From Candidatus Moraniibacteriota bacterium (GTDB lineage Bacteria > Patescibacteriota > Minisyncoccia > Moranbacterales > UBA1568), in the NCBI GenBank assembly GCA_037133435.1, contig JBAXOD010000005.1, forward strand, positions 1 through 61,350: 61,350 nt of DNA, given 5' to 3'. Below the pieces are notes generated by a model. It was not told the origin of the DNA. It made no database searches and was given only the letters and a program-made list of their open reading frames with translations. Positions 1 through 7,844 of the stretch are shown one piece after another. A program made the translations under genes and the position numbers. Numbering within the stretch: the stretch's first letter is position 1; the number at the start of each line of letters is the position of its first letter.

Positions 1-178
1 GATGGTTAGAGATGAACCAGTGTACCCCGTTGCGTTAGAAGTTGGAAACCGCCTACAAAAACCCGCCATGCCCAGAGGGCCAGGACGGGTGGTTTTAGTA
101 CTTCGAATATCGCACATGAAATGCGCCCTGTCAATATTCTTAAAAACGCCGATGAGAACCCATTTCTGAAGCCGTTGC

Positions 179-208
179 GTCTGCCTTCGAAGGCCTTCGG
201 CGCGACAA
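179..208. repeat. 30-bp palindromic insert (CGCCGAAG...CGAAGG family) inside the wzt P-loop codons
   Basis: It encodes LVAPKAFEGR between GIIG and RNG. GTC occurs at both 179-181 and 209-211 (possible target duplication). It resembles the element at 50275-50302. Confidence 0.75.
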
Positions 209-241
209 GTCCGATGATGCCGAAAAATTCCCCTTTCTTCA

Positions 242-349
242 CCCGTCCGCAGCGATACGCCAAGCGTTTCGGGCGGGCCCGTCCGCAGCGATACGCCAAG
301 CATTTCGGGCAGGCCCGTCCGCAGCGATACGCCAAGCGTTTCGGGCGGG
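242..349. repeat. Three tandem 36-bp hairpin units inserted in-frame in wzt
   Basis: Units of CCCGTCCGCAGCGATACGCCAAGC(G/A)TTTCGGGC(G/A)GG lie at 242-277, 278-313 and 314-349. Each has 8-bp terminal inverted repeats. Confidence 0.95.
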
Positions 350-881
350 CCTCGAAGGAGACGTCGTCGAGCGCCTTGAATTCCTCGAACGTCCGTTTAC
401 CGTTCAAGGCCGACGTGAACGCACCCCGAATCGAAGACACCTTCTCGTGAAATATCCGGAAGGTCTTGGAGACGTTTTTAACGCTGATGGCGATATCTTT
501 GTCCATTGCTGTATTCTAGCCTATTTATAAGCAACTTTCTAGTATTGACAAAAAAGTCGGAATCGGTGAAAATTGGATATGACTTTCCGACTATCCTATT
601 TCTTTTCGGCACGAAGAAAATGGGGCCACTCCGGAAGGCTCGGGAGTGATTATCCTCATCTTCCGACGAACGCGGACACGATACCGCGTGATGTGCCGGC
701 CGTTTGGACCCCGATCGGGATAGGATCGCCAAGCGGTTCTACACGACAAAAAGGACCCTGCCTAGGCTTTGCCTTTGTGGGGGCCTTTTCTTTTATCCTT
801 CTGCAACGTACAATGAAATTGTAAAAGTTAGTCGAACACCGACCGTATGGCGGGTCGTCCGGATTTCCGGACTAGGCTATT

Positions 882-908
882 CCCCCTGAAAAGGGGGTTT
901 TGTTTTTT
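882..908 (+). terminator. Intrinsic terminator-like hairpin
   Basis: CCCCCT-GAAA-AGGGGG followed by a T-rich tract. Confidence 0.6.
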
Positions 909-940
909 CTGAAAAATTCCCTTTCTCACCAGCATTCTCC

Positions 941-1600
941 ATCTCCCTGCCTGTCTCCACGAGGCCCTGCGTGGCGGTCCATGCCGTTCCGTCTCCGCGA
1001 GGATTTTTGTCTTCGGAAATCCGTGGCGGTCCATGTCTTATCATCTCATTCTGGATTGCCACGCCTCGCCGACTCGTCTCGCACCCGCCTGCAACGATAG
1101 CATTTCGGGCAGGCCCGCCTGACAACACTTCGTTTAGCAGCGCGGGCTGGAAGACCGCGGAAGGGTCCGGGAACTGGATTGCCGCGGTCGCGGACTCCCT
1201 CGCAAAGACCGAGGGAACCCTCTCCCTGCCTGTCTCCGCGAGGATTTTTGTCTTCGAAAATCCGTGGCGGTCCATGTCTTATCATCTCATTCTGGATTGC
1301 CACGCCTCGCCGACTCGTCTCGCAAAGACCGAGGGAACTCTCTCTCTCACCGACCGTCTCCGTGAGGCCCTGCGTGGCGGTCCATCTCTTGACTGCTCCC
1401 CGTTCGTCTCCGCGAGGATGTACTCATCCGAGGCGGTCCAACCCCTGTCTGAATTTCCCTTGCCTGTCTCCGCGAGGATGTATTCATCCGTGGCGGTCCA
1501 GTGATTCCGTTCCCTGTTTTCTGTTCCATGTTATCTGTCATCTGTTCTTTCTGGATTGCCACGGTTGCATCCGCCAGCTGACGGATTCACAAAGTCAAAC
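941..1600. repeat. Mosaic palindromic repeat array downstream of the toxin-antitoxin pair
   Basis: Six copies of GTCTCCRYGAG-[variable core]-GWGGCGGTCCA at 953, 991, 1232, 1356, 1406 and 1466. Four copies of CTGGATTGCC...CAAAG at 1051, 1174, 1292 and 1551. Confidence 0.95.
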
Positions 1601-1623
1601 AAAGTAAAGCACGTAATCAGATT

Positions 1624-2280
1624 CTATGACGTTGTTTTGGCGGACACAAAATCGGTTACCAACCGTACAAAAAAACTTTCAATCTCCGTTTGCGCGATTT
1701 CTTCGTCGATCCAGTCCACTTCAAACACTCCGAGATCGGCAAAGTATACCAGCTGTTGCAAAAAAAGTTTTTCGTCGAAGTTTCCCCCGAATCGTCGCTT
1801 CGTTTCCGACAGCATGTCTTCGAACTTCAGACCGTTCTTGAGCAGAAAGAAAACATCCACGTAGTCCCGCCACACCCCCCTGCGACCGATCGCATATGCC
1901 TTGTTGGATCCCAGGTCCTGCAGATCGAAAAGTTTCATCGTTTCATCGCCGACACGATCATGCAGGGCGGGAAAGGGGAAATAAATGAAAGAAAGTTTGA
2001 TTTCATCGTCCAAAATCACGCTGAGCTCGTCTGCGGTATCGACGACCGGACGGACCTGATAGGCGGAAAAAAGACTATTGATCTTGTTCAACAGTTTTTT
2101 GGAAACGGGATCAGCCAGAAAAAAATCGAAATCATAAGACTTTCGATGCCGTAGCTGAAGCGCGATCGCCGTTCCTCCGCCCAAAACGAAATTCGGGAAG
2201 TTTTTTTCCAAAAGGGCGAAGACGACTTGCCTTTTTTCATCCAAGATTTCTTTGTGAAACTGTGAGATATCGTTGTTCAT
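1624..2280 (-). CDS. Nucleotidyltransferase, AbiEii/AbiGii-type toxin family
   Basis: FVLGGGTAIALQLRHRKSYDFDFF (GGTA plus DxD motif) and C-terminal KAYAIGRRGVWRDYVD. Confidence 0.9.
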   Translation of the reverse strand: MNNDISQFHKEILDEKRQVVFALLEKNFPNFVLGGGTAIALQLRHRKSYDFDFFLADPVSKKLLNKINSLFSAYQVRPVVDTADELSVILDDEIKLSFIYFPFPALHDRVGDETMKLFDLQDLGSNKAYAIGRRGVWRDYVDVFFLLKNGLKFEDMLSETKRRFGGNFDEKLFLQQLVYFADLGVFEVDWIDEEIAQTEIESFFVRLVTDFVSAKTTS

Positions 2281-2548
2281 CGATTTTATTCGTATCGCCC
2301 AGATTAAGAATGATCTTGACCACGAAATTCAAAGCCTCCGGAGAATATATTTTTTGCGGATGCCCGAGGAAAACACGTTCCAAAACCTCCGAAGCATAGT
2401 GACTCTTCAGCCACGCGATATCTTCCATCGAACCATACCGCAATACCTGGTTGATAATATATTCTTTGTCACGTTCAAAATCAAGAGTTCGTGCGTCTCT
2501 TGACCAAAGAATCCCCTGCATTTTCCTCTGTTTTTCCGCGTGTTCCAT
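2237..2548 (-). CDS. DUF6922-like small protein, putative antitoxin
   Basis: ILWSRDARTLDFERDKEYIINQVLRYGSMEDIAWL. It overlaps the toxin start. The ATG at 2548 lies 6 nt after an extended -10 (TGGTATACT). The longer listed ORF (to 3022) is read-through of repeats. Confidence 0.8.
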   Translation of the reverse strand: MEHAEKQRKMQGILWSRDARTLDFERDKEYIINQVLRYGSMEDIAWLKSHYASEVLERVFLGHPQKIYSPEALNFVVKIILNLGDTNKIDEQRYLTVSQRNLG

Positions 2549-2599
2549 ACTGCAAGTATACCATATCGGGTATAAAAAACAAGAGGAAAATAGAACTTG

Positions 2600-3200
2600 G
2601 GACGAGGTCGGTCCATCCCTTGACTGCTCCCCTGACTGTCTCCCTGCCTGTCTCCGCGAGGATGTACTCATCCGTGGCGGTCCATCCCCTGTCTGAATTT
2701 CTCTCGTTCGTCTCCGCGAGGCCCTGCGTGGCGGTCCATCTCCTGTCTGAATTTCCCTTGCCTGTCTCCGCGAGGATGTACCCATCCGTGGCGGTCCATG
2801 TCTTATCATCTCATTCTGGATTGCCACCCCGGCATACGCGGGGCAGGCTGGTCGTGGACTCCCTCGCACCCGCCTGCAACGCTGTGTAGCAATGCGGGCA
2901 GGCCCGCCTGACAACGATAGCATTTCGGGCAGGCCCGCCTGACAACACTCTTTGTGTAGCAATGCGGGCAGGCCCGCCTGCAACGATAGCATTTCGGGCA
3001 GGCCCGCCTGCAACGATAGCATTTCGGGCAGGCCCGCCTAACAACACTCTTTGTGTAGCAGCGCGGGCTGGAAGACCGAGGAAGGGTCCAGGAACTGGAT
3101 TGCCGCGGTCGCGGACTCCCTCGCAAAGACCGAAGAGGCCCTTCTCCTTTCCGCTTACCTCCCTGACTGTCTCCGCGAGGCCCTGCGTGGCGGTCCATCC
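2600..3200. repeat. Mosaic palindromic repeat array upstream of the toxin-antitoxin pair
   Basis: Four more GTCTCCGCGAG...GTGGCGGTCCA copies (2650, 2710, 2764, 3169), two CTGGATTGCC host repeats (2816, 3095) and a six-unit hairpin array at 2869-3071. Confidence 0.95.
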
Positions 3201-3258
3201 CCTGTCTGTTTCCTGCCCTTCGCAAAGGGCGGGGAAGAAAAGACCGAGAGATGCGGTT

Positions 3259-3696
3259 TTATGCCGATTTTGCTTTCCGCTTCGAATCCAAAAAAAGTTT
3301 GGCAAGGCTAACCGGAACAAACAGCACACTCATCGCAAGCGAAACCGATTCCTTGGTCGGACCCAGATTAAGAATATATCCGGCATGCTCCGGAGTAAGC
3401 ATGATAAGCACGACCGTGATTCCGAACCACACCAAAGCGAACCAAGCCCATCTACGAAACACATTATCACGAACGAAAAAGAGGAATGGAAAAACAACAA
3501 GAAGAGAAAAAGACAGAAACAATAATGGTTTGCCAATAGTTAGAGCACTTTTATCTAGACACCCACTATATGAATCAGTCCAATATATGTGATCACACAT
3601 ACCAAATATTTCTTGGTTCCTGAGAATGTATGAGACTCCCATGCCAATGCCGATAATTGCAAAAATCAAAATCCTCCACCAATATGTCTTTTTCAT
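3259..3696 (-). CDS. Small multi-pass membrane protein, paralog 3
   Basis: About four hydrophobic segments. Shares PFLFFVRD..F..W..F...WF and PTKESVS..MSVLF.PVSL with the two neighbours. Confidence 0.85.
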   Translation of the reverse strand: MKKTYWWRILIFAIIGIGMGVSYILRNQEIFGMCDHIYWTDSYSGCLDKSALTIGKPLLFLSFSLLVVFPFLFFVRDNVFRRWAWFALVWFGITVVLIMLTPEHAGYILNLGPTKESVSLAMSVLFVPVSLAKLFLDSKRKAKSA

Positions 3697-3770
3697 AACA
3701 ATTTCATCCTATCTGTTCTGATAAGGCTTTACTCTAGGCCATATATCACGAACATAATCCAACTATATTC

Positions 3771-4154
3771 CTATTCGACACTCCGCTTCGAGTCCCAGAG
3801 AAGCCAGACGAGACTGACAGGAAGAAAAAGAACACTCATCGTAAATGAGACCGACTCCTTTGTTGGGTTCATCATACTAAATATTCCGCCACCGTATTTC
3901 GGGGCAAGTGCAATAACGAATATCGTGAATCCAAACCAGATACCAGCGAATTGCATCCACTTAAGAAAAACCGTATCACGAACGAAGAAAAGAAATGGGG
4001 AAATAAATATAAGGGAAGCGGCAATAAATGCGAATGGTTTCGTATATGCATTATAGAAACCAAGATTATCAAAATTCACTGCAAGATACCAATATATCGC
4101 AACAATTAATCCGATACATATCACTCCCAGTCTCCACCAATATGTCTTTTTCAT
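3771..4154 (-). CDS. Small multi-pass membrane protein, paralog 2
   Basis: Same MKKTYWWR start as paralog 3. The upstream extension to 4202 is doubtful because its homologous copy before paralog 3 contains stop codons. Confidence 0.85.
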   Translation of the reverse strand: MKKTYWWRLGVICIGLIVAIYWYLAVNFDNLGFYNAYTKPFAFIAASLIFISPFLFFVRDTVFLKWMQFAGIWFGFTIFVIALAPKYGGGIFSMMNPTKESVSFTMSVLFLPVSLVWLLWDSKRSVE

Positions 4155-4230
4155 AACAACTTTAAATCCTATCTGTTCTGATAAGGCTTTGCTCTCGGCC
4201 ATATATCAAGAACATAACCCAACTATATTT

Positions 4231-4629
4231 CTATTCCACTTTCCGCTTCGAGTCCCAGAGAAGCCAGACGAGACTTACCGGAAGGAAAAGGGCACTCATC
4301 GTAAGTGAAATAGGTTTCTTCGTCATACCCAAAGCTAAAATATTGTTCGAATATTCCGGAGTAATCATAATAAATAGAATCGTAGACAGAAACCAAATAC
4401 CGGTAAATCTCAACCATTTAAGAAAAACTGCATCGCAAACGAAAAAGAGGAACGACGCGACGGACAAAAAAGCGAGTGATAAGTGAAATACGGTTCTCGT
4501 AAACAAGATACTATTTCCATAGAGACATTTTTGCACACTACCATCACAGGACCACAGATATGAAAAAATAACTATCGCTAATGCGAGAACTGTTAATATT
4601 ATCTTTTTCCAGTAGTTAGAAATCATCAT
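4231..4629 (-). CDS. Small multi-pass membrane protein, paralog 1
   Basis: The C-terminus MSALFLPVSLVWLLWDSKRKVE is nearly identical to that of paralog 2. Confidence 0.85.
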   Translation of the reverse strand: MMISNYWKKIILTVLALAIVIFSYLWSCDGSVQKCLYGNSILFTRTVFHLSLAFLSVASFLFFVCDAVFLKWLRFTGIWFLSTILFIMITPEYSNNILALGMTKKPISLTMSALFLPVSLVWLLWDSKRKVE

Positions 4630-4655
4630 AATATTATTGCTTTATTTTATTGACT

Positions 4656-7600
4656 TCACAAAATTTGAAAAGGGTACCATAAGCCGATTCCACAATTTTC
4701 TGAACCCCATATGGATAATATCATATTCAGAGGAAGAAATGGACTGGAAAACAGTACTCGGGTTATGGTTCGAATGATCGAAAAGAACCATGCGAGCGGA
4801 CTGTCTCCGATTTCAGGCGACGCGATATCCTGATTTATCATAGTGTCGCCACTTGGCAAAACAGCAGTATCATTGGTTGAATCCGAGGATGCCTCCGTTC
4901 CAAAAATACCCTTTCTAAGACTCTCGAGCGTGGCCGTAATACCCGTTTTATCGTGTTTCTGTGAATCCTTCGAGCCCGAAGAAGATCCGGAGGAATCCGA
5001 GGTTGAATCTGTCATCTCGTTTGCCACAACCACTTCCGGAGGTGCGACCAGAGTAGCCGTCCCGTTCATCACGGGAGCGACTTCGTATTCCCCTCCCGGC
5101 TCATTCCCGTTCAGGTCCGCCTTGAGCGTCGACAGGTGCCCCAGGCCTTCCTTGGGTACGGTAAGCGAGACCGTCGTCGTGGCAGTCACCGGCAGATCCT
5201 CGAATACCGTATGATTCACCGTCTTTTCTCCGGTCTTCGTCACGGCTACTTCCTCGAATTTCAGCGTATACGAGCCGTTGTCGTACCCGTCCAACTGAAT
5301 ATCCATTTTTGTCCCCTCGGGAAAGGAAACATATTTTCGCTCTCCGAATTGATAGTATGTGCTTCCCGGAATACCCTCCTCGATAGTCGTAAGGGTCTGT
5401 CCATCCTCCTTAGCTTCTTTCGGGCCCGTGTGATTTCCAGACGAATCGGTCACCGAGACGTCTAGAGGAGAATAGAGCGCCATACGGATGCGCGGCTTCG
5501 CATCTTTGCAATCGGACGGCCGAGAAGTCTGAATATAGTTTGGTAAATCTTTGTCGTTTTCCTTATGATCAATAATCTGTCCTAAAAAATTCAGCAATGG
5601 CTCAGCTTCTAGAAGATTCGCATGGCTACTATTAGTAGAGCTTCTATCATTGTAATTATACAAATCTACCCAATATTTCTTCACATTCGATGACGCCGAA
5701 AGCATGAGCGCGCTCGGAGCAGTTACGACCTTGTCTCCGTCCACGGTAAATTTCGGTTCATATACCGGTTCATATTCGTTTTCTGACTCGACACACGACG
5801 GAATGATTCCTCCCGCTACTGGATAACAACGGTGTTGTTTCGCTTCCGTGTAATCGACCCCGCTGACGGTATCGAGTCCCCATCCGGCGATCTGTATCGC
5901 CTCCACACCCGATGGCGGCGTCCAACGATCAAGTTCGTCCTGCGTATCTTCCGCCTGACTCAGCAGATGTTTATTCAAGACGTTCTCTTTATCAGCAGAT
6001 GTTTTTGCAGGTTTATCCCGACCATCTTTCTCGGCCGTAAGGAAGTCATCGAGCACACTACGAGAATCGACTGTGGGCCCGTAGGCGTCCAGGAAGGCCG
6101 AGCTTCGGGTGTTTTTCGACGAGAACGTGATAAGCGGATCTTCCGTCCGGTCGAAATATTTTGCCGAAGGAAGGAATCCGTATGCTCCCGGCATATTCTC
6201 GGCCAACGAACGGATATCCCCATCCGATCCGAGCAAACCCCAAAACAGATTTTCCTTGTACCCATAGAGGAGCGTGAGCATGGAAATCGGCGCGCCCATC
6301 TGCGGCGTCCCGACGAACACGACCCGATCCACCAGATTCGCTTCACCATTACTTTCCATACGTTTCAAGAGTTCCTTTGCAACCAACCCGCCGTTTGAGT
6401 GCGCGATAATCGTCACCTTCCCGGTCTTCGATGACTGTGCGAGGGTATGAAGCTGGTCCGACAGTGACACGTGGTCGTTGTGATACGGCGTGAATCCATA
6501 TGCCACGTCCTCGACGTTCATCCGCCAATCATAAGCGAATGGGACAAAGTCGTTGATAATATGAGCGTCTTTCTTGGCTTTGAGATCGGCGAGGAAAGAC
6601 TTATAAATCTTGTCCGATCCGGCAGTTTCCAGTACGTCCTTGGTATAGATATCGTTCACGCTCTTTCCATTCTCGTCGAGCGCAAGATGATCCAGATCTT
6701 TACTGAAAAAATTCGGCGGCCACAAAGTATCTTCGCTTCCGATACCATCATCCATATACAGCCGGCTCCCTTTGGCTCCCGGCAAAAAAAGCACGTTGGA
6801 CGCGCAGGTGTGGCACACGGCGAAGAGTTCCGTCTCGCTGAAGCCGTCGAGTTTCGCCGGACCTTCGATCGATTTGGAATTCCGATCCCCGTCATTATGA
6901 TCGGCATGCGGTCCCTTCGCGGAGCCGTACCAGTCGTTCGTGAGCGTGACCATCTCGCGGCAATTCGCCGGATCCTGGCAGGCGCTCGTCCCGGACATGA
7001 ACGCCGGGACACCCGAGCGACCCTTGAAATCCGATCCGGATACGGAAAACTCGGACAGTCCCCGCGCGATCCCCTGCTCGGTATCGCGGTCTCCGGTATC
7101 CAAAGGATCGGTCATCCAGATATCCGCGCCTCCGCTTCCGAAAAAAATGGAGTCGGCGATCCGGACCTTTCCATAAATGAACGTGACCGCGGACTCGGCT
7201 TGCCAGTATTCTTCCGCATGCGCGATGTTTGTGAACAGGTCGCGGAACGGCAGGAAGACCTGGTACACCTGATTGACTTTCTCCCCGCCGCGCTCTATGC
7301 GGACATGCTTGAAATCCGAGACGTGGACCTCGCTTTCCGATCCGAACACGGACCGGTCCAAAAAGCGGATCATGAAGACGGTCTCATCGTTTGCCTTCGA
7401 AAAAACGACCGGGTTTTCCTCGGTGCCGATCGCGTCCACCGTTCCCTCGTTGATATCGAAATATATCGGACCCGACTCCTCGTAGTCGCCGGAAAAGATA
7501 ATTTTCGCTCCAGGCTCGATGGTCAGCTTCGCCCCGTCCGTGATGGCTACGGACTCATCGAATTCGTGCTCAGAGCCGGCTTTCCAGGTCGTATCCTCGT

Positions 7601-7733
7601 CTATGGTCGTCCCATAGCTGTTTTCCGCGCGTACGGGCTGTGACAGTGCCCCACGTTGCCACATAAGCACGGCGGCCGCCAGAAGAACGACCGCGAAAAC
7701 CGATATGAACACCGCCTTTTTTCGAAAAATCAT
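4656..7733 (-). CDS. Large secreted or membrane-anchored alpha/beta-hydrolase (LCAT/PGAP1-like lipase) with an N-terminal beta-helix-like region
   Basis: N-terminal signal peptide (RKK plus hydrophobic stretch), LTIEPGAKIIF repeat-like segment, oxyanion-hole motif VLFLPGAKGSRL, FAYDWR, nucleophile elbow IIAHSNGG, VFVGTPQMG, and a hydrophobic C-terminus. Confidence 0.85.
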   Translation of the reverse strand: MIFRKKAVFISVFAVVLLAAAVLMWQRGALSQPVRAENSYGTTIDEDTTWKAGSEHEFDESVAITDGAKLTIEPGAKIIFSGDYEESGPIYFDINEGTVDAIGTEENPVVFSKANDETVFMIRFLDRSVFGSESEVHVSDFKHVRIERGGEKVNQVYQVFLPFRDLFTNIAHAEEYWQAESAVTFIYGKVRIADSIFFGSGGADIWMTDPLDTGDRDTEQGIARGLSEFSVSGSDFKGRSGVPAFMSGTSACQDPANCREMVTLTNDWYGSAKGPHADHNDGDRNSKSIEGPAKLDGFSETELFAVCHTCASNVLFLPGAKGSRLYMDDGIGSEDTLWPPNFFSKDLDHLALDENGKSVNDIYTKDVLETAGSDKIYKSFLADLKAKKDAHIINDFVPFAYDWRMNVEDVAYGFTPYHNDHVSLSDQLHTLAQSSKTGKVTIIAHSNGGLVAKELLKRMESNGEANLVDRVVFVGTPQMGAPISMLTLLYGYKENLFWGLLGSDGDIRSLAENMPGAYGFLPSAKYFDRTEDPLITFSSKNTRSSAFLDAYGPTVDSRSVLDDFLTAEKDGRDKPAKTSADKENVLNKHLLSQAEDTQDELDRWTPPSGVEAIQIAGWGLDTVSGVDYTEAKQHRCYPVAGGIIPSCVESENEYEPVYEPKFTVDGDKVVTAPSALMLSASSNVKKYWVDLYNYNDRSSTNSSHANLLEAEPLLNFLGQIIDHKENDKDLPNYIQTSRPSDCKDAKPRIRMALYSPLDVSVTDSSGNHTGPKEAKEDGQTLTTIEEGIPGSTYYQFGERKYVSFPEGTKMDIQLDGYDNGSYTLKFEEVAVTKTGEKTVNHTVFEDLPVTATTTVSLTVPKEGLGHLSTLKADLNGNEPGGEYEVAPVMNGTATLVAPPEVVVANEMTDSTSDSSGSSSGSKDSQKHDKTGITATLESLRKGIFGTEASSDSTNDTAVLPSGDTMINQDIASPEIGDSPLAWFFSIIRTITRVLFSSPFLPLNMILSIWGSENCGIGLWYPFQIL

Positions 7734-7844
7734 ACGACAGAACACGAATGATTATGACCCTTCATAATACACATTTCGCGCTTTTTGGCAAGCCCCATGG
7801 GCAAGAGACTCATTCTTGAGTGGTTCCTTCCGCTTTTTCCATTC

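Larger units (their letters stand above)
6..506 (-). pseudogene. Decayed N-terminal fragment of a Wzt/TagH-like ABC transporter ATP-binding protein
   Basis: The N-terminus (AISVKNVSKTF...FKALDDVSFE|VKKGEFFGIIG|RNG) is typical of Wzt/TagH. It is interrupted by in-frame 108-bp and 30-bp inserts. The Walker A GKST is absent after RNG, and no frame continues with ATPase sequence. Confidence 0.8.

Noticed and set aside
27-180. 9-bp direct repeat CCGTTGCGT (27-35 and 172-180) as a target-site duplication of an insertion in wzt
   Set aside because: Removing the intervening DNA gives RNGVHWF, not the expected RNGSGKST, so it does not restore the gene.
624-650. SRP RNA, suggested by CCGGAAGG
   Set aside because: The flanking CAGG and AGCAG asymmetric-loop signature of SRP helix 8 is missing.
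953-1500. CRISPR array (repeat-spacer appearance)
   Set aside because: The repeats vary in length (29, 35, 43 bp). The intervening sequences are 9-25 bp or much longer and are homologous to each other rather than unique. No cas genes are in the window.
828-1607. Several overlapping ORFs of 66-177 aa in the repeat region
   Set aside because: They are translations of the repeat modules (MDRHG, RRACPKC, VSARM) in multiple frames, with no start signals or domain content.
2869-3071. CRISPR array
   Set aside because: The units are head-to-tail hairpins with recurring middles and no unique spacers.
2549-3329. Long N-terminal extension of the antitoxin and ORFs 2806-3225 and 2811-3329
   Set aside because: These are repeat read-through. 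A -10 box sits directly before the ATG at 2548.
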